From Macrostomum lignano (taxonomy: Eukaryota), in contig NIVC01001757.1 of NCBI GenBank assembly GCA_002269645.1, positions 87,320-151,319 on the forward strand: 64,000 nucleotides of DNA. The letters are read 5' to 3'. Every line of letters begins with the position of its first letter. Position 1 is the first letter of the stretch. Shown one piece after another: positions 13,001-24,700 of the stretch. The position numbers and the translations under genes were made by a program. A model generated the notes under the pieces. It was not told the DNA's origin and searched no databases. It was given only the letters and a program-made list of their open reading frames with translations.

Positions 13001-16000
13001 ATTAGGCAGAGAGCAACGATGCTACGATTTTACTAACTGATAAATACTCGCAGTTGCAGACGCTTAAAGTTTTAAAGAAAAGTTTCATTGAAAAGGACAC
13101 AAAAAACTGACAAAGACACAATCAGGTTGACAAAGACACACGATACAGCTGACAAAAACACACAGTCAGGTTGACAAAGACACACGATACAGCTGACAGA
13201 CACAGTCAGGTTGACAAAGACACACGATACAGCTGACAAAGACACAGTCAGGTTGACAAAGACACACGATACAGACAGCTGACAAAAAGATTTTAAAAGT
13301 TAAGCTATAAAAGTCAAATTCTATTTAGATATGGAGTGTATAGACTGTTGAGTTAATGAAACTCTGATATAGGGATTAGAATAAATTTTGAAAGAGTAAT
13401 TACACTATAAACGGGTTGCCAAGACACTAGTTTTACATATAGAAATCTCCCGTGACTCACCAATGTCGCACAGCATGCCGCCGTAACCTTTTTTACACTC
13501 GCACTCCATCGGTTGGCGACAGAAGCCGTGCTTCGGGCTGCAGTTGGGCATCGGGACGCACCTGGAACAGTCGGGGCCGTCCCAGCCTGGCAGACACCTG
13601 CAAGGTGAGGTGTAATGCAGAAAAACCATGTTACTGATCTAATCAGTGATCCCAAAAATTCCCCAAAAGACAGCAGCGTGAATCACTCAAATCCCAAATA
13701 AATTTTCAAGTTTCAAAATCCCAAAAAATCCGAAATAGATAATAACCTAAATCCCAAATCCCAGAAATTCTGAACTCGAACAGATCCCCATTCCAGACTG
13801 TGAATCCCAAATCCCAGAAATTCTGAACTCGAACAGATCCCCATTCTAGACTGTGTGAATCCCAAATCCCACAAATTATAAACTCGAACAGATCCCCATT
13901 CCAGACTGTGTGAATCCCAAATCCCACAAATTCTAAACTCGAACAGATCCCCATTCCAGACTGTGTGAATCCCAAATCCCACAAATTCTAAACTCGAACA
14001 GATCCCCATTCCAGACTGTGTGAATCCCAAATCCCACAAATTCTAAACTCGAACAGATCCCCATTCCAGACTGTGTGAATCCCAAATCCCACAAATTCTA
14101 AACTCGAACAGATCCCCATTCCAGACTGTGTGAATCCCAAATCCCACAAATTCTAAACTCGAACAGATCCCCATTCCAGACTGTGTGAATCCCAAATCCC
14201 ACAAATTCTAAACTCGAACAGATCCCCATTCCAGACTGTGTGAATCCCAAATCCCACAAATTCTGAACTCGAACAGATCCCCATTCCAGACTGTGTGAAT
14301 CCCAAATCCCACAAATTCTGAACTCGAACAGATCCCCATTCCAGACTGTGTGAATCCCAAATCCCACAAATTCTAAACTCGAACAGATCCCCATTCCAGA
14401 CTGTGTGAATCCCAAATCCCACAAATTCTGAACTCGAACAGATCCCCATTCCAGACTGTGTGAATCCCAAATCCCACAAATTCTGAACTCGAACAGATCC
14501 CCATTCCAGACTGTGTGAATCCCAAATCCCACAAATTCTAAACTCGTACAGATCCCCATTCCAGACTGTGTGAATCCCAAATCCCACAAATTCTGAACTC
14601 GAACAGATCCCCATTCCAGACTGTGTGAATCCCAAATCCCACAAATTCTAAACTCGAACAGATCCCCATTCCAGACTGTGTGAATCCCAAATCCCAGAAA
14701 TTCTGAACTCGAACAGATCCCCATTCCAGACTGTGAATCCCAAATCCCACAAATTATAAACTCGAACAGATCCCCATTCCAGACTGTGTGAATCCCAAAT
14801 CCCACAAATTCTGAACTCTAACAGATCCCCATTCTAGACTGTGTGAATCCCAAATCCCACAAATTATAAACTCGAACAGATCCCCATTCCTGACTGTGTG
14901 AATCCCAAATCTCACAAATTCTGAATTCGAACAGATCCCCATTCCAGACTGTGTGAATCCCAAATCCCACAAACTCTAAACTCGAACAGATCCCCATTCT
15001 AGACTGTGTGAATCCCAAATCCCAGAAATTCTGAACTCGAACAGATCCCCATTCTAGACTGTGTGAATCCCAAATCCCAGAAATTCTGAACTCGAACAGA
15101 TCCCCATTCCAGATTGTGTGAATCCCAAATCCCACAAATTCTGAATTCGAATAGATTCCCATTTCAGACTGTGTGAATCCCAAATCCCACAAATTCTGAA
15201 TTTGAATCCATCCTCATGCACTGCATTATACTCCGCACATAAAATATTGTAAAACCGCTCGATAATCGCTAGATACAATCAAATGAAAACACCAGTAAGC
15301 ATTCAAAGATAAGAACTCGGTATTATAATATAGTTACCACACAGTACCACTCATACATTCGGCAAAAGTCGTTGTTACACTCGGAGCAATTTACAATCAG
15401 TAAGAGGAGATGCTAATAGGATAAGACAGAACAAGATGCACGCACCAAGCCCAGCTCCCCAAATCCTTATGCTCCCCATGCAGTAGAATTTCAAGATTAT
15501 GGCTAAGCCTATTAAGGATTCTACTGACAGATGCGATTGCAGGAAGTCAGTTCAAGAAGAGTCAAAACAAAACAAAAACTGACTGGCACCCGTGGGCGAG
15601 CGGGACAGAACGGGAAATGGTGAAAATGGCGGCCCTTGGCATCGTTGGGGAGTCTTGGGACAATTAGCTGGCTTGGGCTAAGTAAGTTATAGTTATATTA
15701 GTTAGAAACCTCATACTAGTTGAAAGGAAACTTGAAAAAAGCATTTAAAAAAGAAGTCACTTATATAGATTTAAGAAGTGAAAAGACCGAGATTCAACTT
15801 ACCTGCAACGATTGGGCCCCTCGCAGATACCATTAGAACTGCAGTTCTTGCTGCAGACAGCTGTCAGTGGAAAAGGCGGGTAAGTCATTCGAAGGTAAAC
15901 AGGCGGAGTAAGTATATTCATTGTTTCAACAGCTAATGCCTCGTCATATAATTAGCAATCTGAAAAAGCGAAACTCACGTTTACTACAAAGACTGCCAGT

Positions 16001-17414
16001 GTAGCCCGGCATGCAAACTCTGCGACCCTGCGAGTCGCAGGTGAAATGACCAACAATATCGTTTCTAGGTACGCACAGGCGATGACACGAGCTGCCATAG
16101 TGATTAGCTGGGCAGCGTATTCGATAACTATAGACTAATTCCACGCCGTCGGAACGCCATGAACGATGGCTTGTCCAGTTCTGACTTGGCGAGTAGTCTT
16201 TTTCGTAGGTTGATCCGTCAGCGATCAGGTACGCTTAGAGGTCAATGATGTTATGGGGCATTTGGATATATATAAGACTTTGGCTGTATTAAAACTTCTC
16301 AGAATAAGTCAAGGGTCGGCAAACTCCACATGCGGCCCGGCCCGCAAAGCTTCTCTATCCGACCCTCGGGTCCTTTGAGACTTTTCTTCTCTCTAATCTC
16401 TCTGCTCTCCTCTCCTCTCCTACATTCTCTGGCCTTTCCTTTCTCCATTATCCATTCTGCCTACTCTATTCTCTATTCAGGGGCGTAGCCAGGATTTTCT
16501 TTTGGGGGTATCGGTTAGCTGTTATCAGAAAGCAAGGGCTTGAGATCCACATATCCCCTTAATGTATTTCTAGTGCATAATACATATAATTACTCTATTT
16601 GTTTGTTAATTGTTATTCTTTCGATTTGGATACCTTTCTCTTCCTTAGTTAATGGTCACAATTGCAACTGAAAAAAGGAAAAAAAATGTTGCTTTGGAAA
16701 TTTGGGGGTATCGGCCGATATACCGATACCCCCCTCGCTACGCCCCTGTCTCTATTCCATAGTCATGCTCTATATAGGTCGACTATCTGGCATTTGAGTT
16801 GAAAAAAAGTTTTACCGACCCCTGGAATAATTCAGCTATAGCTATACTGTATATGTAAACTTACAATTTTCCAAGTTGAATTGCGTTGTAGATGGAGAGT
16901 GATAGAGTTGCACAATAAGTCGAAACGGGCCCTGGGTAGGCTGTATATATAAAATAAGAAAATAATAAATATATTATTAGATCGGCGTAATTTCAAACTG
17001 ACAAGACTCTAGCCATTCGATTGTATAAGCGACAAGTCGGAAAAGGCCAAAAATCTTAATTACCTCCCAATTATTAGACAGATGAGAGAATCGAATATCC
17101 TTGGCACCATTGATGTTGTTATGGCCAACTAGACCAGTAATCCGGTAGGCTATATTGCATGTGACGCTATTTAGCTGTAGTAGTTCACTAGCTCTGCTAC
17201 TAGAAGCGATGCACACTCTGGCAAACGTATTGCAGTCGCCAATGCAGCTTCCATCGGTTCTAGAGACTAAGCTGCTACAGCAGGCGCCATCGGCTAGTTT
17301 GCCTACCGTATTGTTGAGCCGGTCGAGATGCACTTCAATCTCCATGTTCATTGAGCCGCATAGGCACAGAGTCTGTAGCATGAGAAGCGTTGCGACAAAG
17401 CAAAAGCGTAGCAT
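1058..17414 (-). CDS. Delta: Delta-like Notch ligand (signal peptide, MNNL/C2, DSL, 7 EGF repeats, TM, intracellular tail), about 667 aa
   Basis: Hand-spliced exons (minus): 17064-17414, 16865-16940, 15979-16233, 15803-15860, 13461-13597, 9638-9819, 8933-9224, 1058-1710. All junctions are GT-AG with phases 0,1,1,2,1,0,1, total 2004 nt. Translation gives the MNNL pattern (GKLADGACC...CIGDCNTFARVC...GPFRLIVQLYH), the DSL domain (YSYRIRCPANHYGSSCHRLCVPRNDIVGHFTCDSQGRRVCMPGYTGSLC), 7 EGF repeats and a TM segment (ILLAACGVLLPVTVLLLCLL). No Jagged/Serrate cysteine-rich domain precedes the TM. The exon 6/7 junction and the true C-terminus are ambiguous (see findings). Confidence 0.92.
2770..3180. 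repeat. Degenerate minisatellite, 24-bp unit AGATCCCAG(A/G)TTCGAGTCCCGAAT
   Basis: Period 24 (2941, 2965); in the long Delta intron. Confidence 0.85.
3860..5170. repeat. Minisatellite, 25-bp unit ATCATCTCATTTTGGTGCTGTAGCA, about 50 copies
   Basis: Near-perfect tandem array read directly. Confidence 0.97.
5975..6160. repeat. Degenerate repeat of about 31 bp, AAAATCTCACCCCTGCGATTNGAGATCT
   Basis: About 6 diverged copies. Confidence 0.7.
6855..7500. repeat. Minisatellite, 43-bp unit GGGATATGACATCCCTGAAATTCTCATGAAGTCAGATCACAGC, about 15 copies
   Basis: Period 43 (6891, 6934). Confidence 0.95.
8205..8810. repeat. Minisatellite, 33-bp unit TGTGGATTATCACTAATCCAAGCAATTATCCCA
   Basis: Tandem array; explains the 11-aa-repeat pseudo-ORFs (MWIITNPSNYA). 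Confidence 0.95.
9320..9525. repeat. Minisatellite, 35-bp unit TGATTGAGGACCATGGGAAGAAGCGGTGACCCAAC, 5-6 copies
   Basis: Period 35 (9394, 9429); inside Delta intron 9225-9637. Confidence 0.9.
9965..10305. repeat. Minisatellite, 27-bp unit ATGAGATCTCATCCCTATGAGACACCA
   Basis: Tandem array; 9-aa pseudo-ORF MRSHPYETP. Confidence 0.9.
11045..12212. repeat. Minisatellite with 35-bp and 49-bp unit variants (GCCGACAGATGATGGTTTCTGGCGCCAAAAATAGC +/- GCCATATTATTAGC)
   Basis: Direct tandem array. Confidence 0.96.
12625..12652. repeat. (GGAA)7 microsatellite
   Basis: Read directly. Confidence 0.9.
13105..13285. repeat. Repeat of about 42 bp, GACAAAGACACAGTCAGGTTGACAAAGACACACGATACAGCT, about 4 copies
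   Basis: Read directly; unit is a dimer of about 20-bp subunits. Confidence 0.8.
13745..15200. repeat. Minisatellite, 55-bp unit AATCCCAAATCCCACAAATTCTAAACTCGAACAGATCCCCATTCCAGACTGTGTG, about 26 copies
   Basis: Period 55 (13921, 13976); fills most of Delta intron 13598-15802. Confidence 0.97.
16310..16824. mobile_element. hAT-type MITE (TIR CA(A/G)GGGTCGG(C/T)AAA), host of a nested MITE
   Basis: Left end CAAGGGTCGGCAAAC, right end GTTTTACCGACCCCTG; 8-bp TSD GAATAAGT/GAATAATT (7/8). Lies in Delta intron 2. Confidence 0.7.
16478..16748. mobile_element. hAT-type MITE (TIR CAGGGGCGTAGC), nested
   Basis: Perfect 12-bp TIR; perfect 8-bp TSD TCTCTATT (16470-16477, 16749-16756). Confidence 0.88.
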
Positions 17415-18700
17415 TTAAAGTTAGTAATACGATCGCAAGTATTAAAAATAAATTCTACAGATGGGTTTCGACTCTCGTGTGTTGTGTGTAGCTCTTTTGT
17501 TTCTTATTGAGGCGCAGTTTATATAAGCTTGAATGAATGCACGTCCTAATCTATAACCAGTTGAGGAATTCTCCTATCAAAGAACCTATTACTTTTTCGG
17601 GCGATATAAATAGGCCAAGGTCTACTATGTTTGTACGCAAAGTGAGCCAAGGCAAAATAAATGTACACCATGAGCGGGATAGGGTTGGGGGTAGAATTGG
17701 GGGCCCCCATGGTCCGCGCACCCCCCTCTAATCTCGTCCCTCCTCTCCGATCAAAGCGAGATGCCCTTTGCACACTGAGAGCCCCCTCACCCAGGCGCAG
17801 GCCCCATTCATTTAATTTAAAAAATAAGTCAAATTAAATGCTAAAATGATGTGATCAGCGGCGTCCACACAAACCCTCTCTTAAATACAATAATGCGAGG
17901 AAAAGGCAGAGGGCCCAACTCCAATTCGATTATCAATTAATTATATTACCCACCTGAACAACATGCGGGAAAACTTCCTAAGGCACAGATAAGTATACTG
18001 AGGCCTCCGCTCCGAACCCAGAGTTAGGCATCATAAAATAGAATTTAAAATAAGGCCGCACGGACAGCGGAGGAAAAATCATTTAATTATTAGCTAAACA
18101 ATATAAAATTTTAAGCACCGACTTTCATTTTTTATCTAATCAGATCAATTTAGAGGATGCCGATTCCCCGGACTTTCTACCGGACTTCCGCCGGGGAATT
18201 TTGACCTCTTTCAAATTGTCTAATTAGTCCACATGGATGGAGTTAAATGGAGTAATTAGTTAATTAAGATCTATTGATAAAATAAACGCTATTTTCTACC
18301 TTTCAGGTGTGTGCTTATACGCTAACTGTTTTGTTGTTTTCGTTGTATGTATAACCCGAACATACGAGCTATATGTCTAGTAGAATCTATATTATGGGAA
18401 TAGATGGGAATAGGGAGATGGGAATAAATGGGAATAGAATAGCAAAATGTCAAATTGGGGATAATTAGGGATTAATTCTTTATTATTGCCATTGGGGATT
18501 AATACAAACTCTGGGATAAACGAACCACTTTTTATGGTTGACTGCTGGGATTTCTGTGACCTGTGGATAAGTGCTAATCTGGCAGCATCTGACCTAGGGG
18601 ATTTTGAACAAAAGGCTGTTTATTCAAGCTTTTGCTTCCCAGGGAGCTGTCTCAGTTTGTCTCAGACAGACTAACACGAAGACAAATGTCGACTCTGCCT

Positions 18701-18758
18701 TGGGGATAGCAAAATCCCGGTTTTTTGCGATCCCGGAATCCCGGGATTGCAATCCCTA
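18701..18758. mobile_element. 58-bp minimal hAT-like TIR element
   Basis: Imperfect TIRs TGGGATAGCAAAATCCCGG / CCGGGATTGCAATCCCTA; perfect 8-bp TSD CTCTGCCT (18693-18700, 18759-18766). Confidence 0.7.
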
Positions 18759-21344
18759 CTCTGCCTCTGCTTTGACTCTGTCGTACTTCAGTTGATCATC
18801 CAGTCAATCTACAGCCCTCAATTTTCACTTCCCAAGTTTTCTAACCTCTAACAGTCCTCTAACAGTCACCTCTAACAGTCACAATCACAACCCACAGGCA
18901 CAATGGCCGCCATTGCTTTCGTGAATTGAACAACTACCAGTAAAGTTGAGTAAACCGCAAGTCTCACCTGCAGAAATAATAACGCGGCCGAAACTACACG
19001 CCGAGCTGTCATAGTCCACTGTTACACTGTATAGATTGGAACCAGCGGAAGTGGTGAAAAAGTTCGTTAAAAATAGACCGCTGCAACCCCCAAAGTGAAA
19101 TTTTTTTTGTTTATATAGGCCGATATAAGTGGTCGCGTAGACTTGAAATTTAGCTAAATCAATGAATGAAAATAAATTTGCAAGGCTTGGTCCAACTGCA
19201 AGTCCGCAGGCCGAGCTCTCTGTCCCGCTGTATCTCTTTTTACTTTTACACCCGCCGCCGTGAGCCTTTACAACCCCCTCCCTATTTTAGTTTTGGGCGG
19301 GAAGGGGCGGCGGCACAAACCAGCCAACCCCCTTGCGCAGGCCTCTCCCACCACCCCTCCGTTCAATTAGGCCAATCCTTGACTGGCGTTTTCCAACCCA
19401 GCCCACCCCCCAATGGACCAACTCCGTTGGCCTTTTTAGAGTGTCGGCAGGATTTTGAGTCTACCTTTTGGTCCTTTTAGACGATAAACGTCAATTCCTA
19501 TAAAGACCTGGGGCGCGCGAGCGTACAAATAAAAGTTTAGTGCTGCTTAAACACTTTTTTACGTCGATAAACAACTTTAAAACAGTCAAGTTCATTCATC
19601 CAGGGACCAAAGGGGTTCAGGAATTTCTGAATTTCTAGTACACTGCTTAGAGAAGTTTCCGGGTTTTCTTTACATTAAATAAATAATAGTCGCTTTTCAC
19701 GTGATCGACATTATACTACTACTAATAATATAATACGGGATTCAGGTTTCAACTTAGCAGGCGAGCGAGAATGAAAGCAACAGACCTATTTCACTGGCGC
19801 CGTCTGGTCTGGACTCTGGACGGAATCGGAAAGTGTTGATTGAACCAGCGAGGTCAAATGCAAAAGGGGTGAACAAGGCTTCGATTTAAAAGGCGTTAAT
19901 CCAACCCGGAGTGAATTTTATGTCGTTGTTTACAACTCTTCTGCTGAACTAACTCTTGGCTGTGCAATTGTTAAATCAAAAGTAATCAAACAAAAAACTC
20001 GTTTGAACTTCTACTACCAAGACTAAAGACAACAGCAGTCAGTAAACACAAGCACAGGCGCCGCCAATCTTTATCGCCAAAGCAGACGAAAAACATTTTG
20101 ACATTTTGTGATCGCAATCCCGGGGATCCTGTGATTGGGCCCATTGTCAACTCTGCCTTAAATCACGAAATTTACTAATTGAAGCGTATCACTGATCAGT
20201 GCTTTTGTTGATAAGTCACAGATGTAAATATATATATCTACGAGTAGACCCGCGATGAAAATATGTCAAGGGTCGCTCAAAAAGTGGGGGGGGGGCAGGG
20301 TCACGCCCCCCTCTTCCGACGCCTTATGGCCGCAGGCACCCTTTTTGCGCTGCAGGTACTCATTTCCATTTTGCTGCCGCAGGCTCTATATTTTGTCGCC
20401 CTGAAGCAAAATTATTGATTTTTATAACGGGGGGGGGGCACATGCCCCCCCGGTGGCGACGCCCCTGGAACAGATTTCACTAGCTCTCGCATACACTGTA
20501 GTCTACTCCTTGATGGATTCTGATACTACGATTAATTAAATTGGCCAAATTAGGCAGTTGCCTAAGCTAAACCTCTACCACTACACTATACTTACTACAC
20601 TCATAAATACGAAATTATGAACTTTACATTGAGTAAAAACTCAAAAGTACTTTAGATTTTACTACTTCACGTAAGCGAAAGAACCTCAAGAATTCTGGGA
20701 CTTTTTACTCCGGCTGACACATTCTTATGAACGTTGCACTTTGTTTGATATTCTAATTGCTAAGTTTAAAGTGTTATTTATAAAAAAACTTTAATTAAAA
20801 CAAAATTAAAGAATTAAGACTAGAAAAACCACACACAATTTAAGGTTAGAACCCGACGAAGCTTAAAGACTTTATTTCCGCCCGAAAGGAATTATTTTAT
20901 TGTTTTAATAATTGCGGCACATATATTGTAGGTAGAAACAAAAAGTACGCCGAAAATTGGATATAGAAAAGCAGGTGTTAAACAAAAATAAATTGCAATA
21001 GTTGAGCGTAAGATGCATTTTCTGGTAACTACGAAAGTAAGCAGTTTAATAAAGTCGTATAAAAGAGCCATTTTGACGGTTGTATAATTCGTATAAAATT
21101 GACAAAAGTGCAATGGGTTACCAACAATCACGACACAAAAATAAGTATAATATTAATTATGGTATAAATAAAAATGCTTGTGCAAGTTTAGCAGCTGAAA
21201 TAGAGCAGTAGAAGGTTAAAATTAGCGATTTATTTACTGGTGAATTTGGCATTGGCCTTGTAGGCTTGCAATTGAGCAATTAAATTACAACAATAATTAA
21301 TTAGGTCTTAATTAGGGATCATTTAGGCTCTTTGGTAGGGGTCA

Positions 21345-21640
21345 ATTAAGTCTTTGTTGAGGCTTGGGAGTCGAGTTGGGTCTTTGTTGGGACTTGGGAG
21401 TCGAGTTGGGTCTTTGTTGGGACTTGGGAGTCGAGTTGGGTCTTTGTTGGGACTTGGGAGTCGAGTTGGGTCTTTGTTGAGACTTGGGAGTTGAGTTGGG
21501 TCTTTGTTGGGACTTGGGAATCGAGTTGGTCTTTGTTGAGACTTGGAAGTCGAGTTGGGTCTTTGTTGGGACTCGGGAGTCGAGTTGAGTCTTTGGGACT
21601 TGGGAGTCAAGTTGGGTCTTTGTTTGGACTAGGGAGTCAA
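21345..21640. repeat. Minisatellite, 30-bp unit GGGAGTCGAGTTGGGTCTTTGTTGGGACTT, about 10 copies
   Basis: Tandem array about 110 bp downstream of the centrosomin-like stop; may lie in the 3' UTR. Confidence 0.92.
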
Positions 21641-21746
21641 TATATATGAGTATATATATGATCAGTAAAGTACGCAGTAAGCTGTTGCAAGTTACAAACT
21701 ATTAGCAAGTATATATTAATAGTCATAAATAACGAGTTTTGCCAAT

Positions 21747-24700
21747 TCAAAGCGATGCATTGTGCTGCTGCCGTTCGGCCTGCAAAAGTCGCTGTTTAGC
21801 AGTGGCCAGCAGAGTCTCTGTCGTGCTCAACCGATCGGAGAATTCGCCAAGCGACGACAGCCAGCCGGCGTCCTCGTCTGACGGCGGCCGCGGCGGCGCC
21901 GACTGCGGCAGGCGACTCTGAGCGTCGACGGCGCGCTGTCGAAGACAATCGGACTCGGCTTTGGCAGCTTCGAGTCGGCGTCCAATTTCGACAGACTCGT
22001 CGCCGTCGACGTCAGCGTCGCCAATTTTGTTGTTTTCGTTGTCGTCGTAGTCGACAAAGTCGGTAGCCAGAATGGCGACGGCGGCGGCGGCGCACCTGGC
22101 GGCCGAGGACAACTCGCGACGCAGCTGACGACTATTGTTGACCTCGTTATTGGCGTCGGTGCTTGTTGTCAAGACGACGGCCTGATCGACGGCGCGGCGA
22201 CATTCGGCAACTTCGAGGCGCAGCAGTTCGAGGCGGTCGAGACGGCAGACGGCGCGTTGAGGCCCAGCGGAGAGACGGGCCGGTGGCTGCTCAGCGGCGG
22301 CGGCGGCAGCAGCGACGTCTGCAAGTGAAAGAGGAAGTCGAGTTGCGACATTAAAGGACATTGAAGGTCATGAGTTAGCGAAGGCATTTATTTTATAGGT
22401 ATTTAGTGACCATTCACTTCTCAGAAGAGATTTTGCAGGGCGATTTCCCAGAGCGATTCTTATGTTGGGTAGAGCGATTTCCCAGGGCGATTCTTATGTT
22501 GGTAGAGCGATTTCCCAAGGCGACTTTTATGTTGGGTAGAGAGATTTCCCAGGGCGATTCTTAAAGTTGGTGAAGCGATTTCCCAGGGCGATTTTTAAGA
22601 TTCATAAGGCGATTTCTGGAGGATTGAAGGCAATTTCATGGGGTGATTATCAAAGTTTGTATCGCCATTTTCTACTCTTTGAGGAATGATTGTTAAACAA
22701 GAATAATGAGGCGGTTTACCGCTACGACAATCGACAAATTCTACCCACAACAAGCAACATAAGACAAACTGCTCACTAGAATTGTTGTTGTCCTTAGCAA
22801 CAGCTTTGAGCTCGTTATTCTCTTTGCGCAGCTCGTCGGCCGTCCGACGCAGACTGGCCAATTCGTCCGCTCGACCGTCAGCGTTGGCCAGCTGGCCAGC
22901 TAAGCGACGCGATTCGGCCAAGGATTGCGATAGGCGCGAGCGTAGATGGCGCAGATCGCGTAGTGCGCGTCGCAATTCGCGCGCCAAAGCTAATGGTCCA
23001 CCGTCGCTGCATCCGGTGTTGGCATTGGCCGAGGCGCTCAGGCCGCCAATTGCGCCGCAGTTGGACACGCGGGCCAGAGCATCGTGCAGCGTGATCTCGG
23101 CTTGGATCACCTCGGGCCAAGCAGCGGCAGCGGCGGCGGCGGCAGCGGCGGAGGCGGAATCGCCGCAGACGGCAGGACTCGGACTGCAAGCTCTGGCCGC
23201 TTCTAGGGGAGTGCCAGAACTGCTGGCGCCCGTGGCAGTTGAAGTCGATGAAGACGACGCGTTGGTCGACAGTGAACCTTCGAGCTCGTCGGGATCGAAA
23301 TCGGCGCCTGCGGCGGCGTTGGCGGCAGCGCCGGTGCCGGCGGGATGCGGCGCGCCTAGACGAGAGATGTAGCGCAGAAGCTTCTCCGTCAGGGCCGTCT
23401 TGTCCTCGATTTCAAGCTTGGTGCTGCGAAACAAAATAGGGATGACGCATTACGAGACTTGATTCTAAGAAACGCTGCTTCTAAGAAAAATAACTTAAAT
23501 CTTTAATAACAAATGTTATACACTTACGCTTTGAGCTCCAGACTCAGCTGATTGCAGGTGTCGTCACTTTTCTTTAACATAGCCTTCAACTGACTGTTGG
23601 ACTTCTGAACGGATTCAAGTCGCCTGTCGGTGGGTTATTTTAGATTTAGGAGTAAAAGAGTTTATTAGTGTGTACTATTTAATTACAAATTCAAATCAGC
23701 ATTCTAAAATCTGAAGATCTGGAACGGTGGCTGTGGTCCAGCAACTGAGGATTTGGGAGGCTGGCCCAGCGACTGAGGATTTGGGAGGCTGGCCCAGCGA
23801 CTGAGGATCTGGGAGAATGGCTCAGCAACTGAGGATCTGGGAGAATGACTCAGCAACTGAGGAGCTGGGAGAATGGCTCAGCAACTGAGGAGCTGGGAGG
23901 CTGGCCCAGCAACTGAGGAGCTGGGAGAATGGCTCAGCAACTAAGGAGCTGGGAGAATGGCTCAGCAACTGAGGATCTGGGAGAATGGCTCAGCCACTGA
24001 GGATCTGGGAGAATGGCTCAGCCACTGAGGATCTGGGAGAATGGCCCAGCAACTGAGGATCTGGGAGAATGGCCCAGCAACTGAGGATCTGGGAGGCTGT
24101 GGCCCAGCAACTAAAGATGTGAAAGGACCCAGAGCAACCAATTCCAAGAAACGCATATTAACTCACTTAGTCCGCGAGTTCAGCTTGGCCCGCAGCTCCT
24201 CTGCCCGGTTCTGCAGCTCCACGCTGAGGCTGACGGCCCGCTCGCACTTGCTAGTGAGCTCGCGATAGCTGGTCAGCACTTCGGCCATCTCGGCGGCGTG
24301 ACTTTGACGCTTCTGATGCTCCTGGTCCTGCTGCGGGTGCGAGCGGAGGGTAAGGGCGTTACACGCTGGCTGAATGCTTAGCAGAGTACGTGTCTACGTG
24401 CTGTACTGGCTACTGTGTATGCCTTTCTACTGCAGAATAGTATCTATCTGCTCGTTAGACATGTGTATATGTCGTAGAACAATATCTATCTACCATAGAA
24501 AATATTTATCTACTGTAGGACAATACCTATCTACTGTAGGACAATACCTATCTACTGTAGGACAATATCTATCTACTGTAGGACAATATCTACTGTAGGA
24601 CAATATCTACTGTAGGACAATATCTATCTACTGTAGGACAATATCTACTGTAGGACAATATCTACTGTAGGACAATATCTACTGTAGGACAATATCTACT

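Noticed and set aside
14098-14805. Long ORFs in repeat arrays (also 8237-8850, 26320-26598, 50254-51269, 53209-53748, 57690-59596, 60852-61464, 62512-62982)
   Set aside because: They are translations of stop-free minisatellite units, open in several frames or strands, and mostly inside introns defined by GT-AG junctions.
1058-17414. Serrate/Jagged identity for the Notch ligand
   Set aside because: Only 7 EGF repeats and no cysteine-rich VWC-like domain before the TM segment.
17461-17480. GGTTTCGACTC T-loop-like motif upstream of Delta
   Set aside because: No cloverleaf or A-box around it; not a tRNA.
20270-20467. GC-rich MITE-like right ends (TTCCGACGCC, GGCGACGCCCCTG)
   Set aside because: No matching left TIR or TSD found, so no element boundaries can be supported.
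22782-23372. Plus-strand ORFs antisense to GC-rich exons (also 945-1832, 29166-29477, 32193-32555, 33837-34334, and minus ORFs over MFS and HERP exons)
   Set aside because: Expected mirror frames of GC-rich coding sequence with no independent domain signal.
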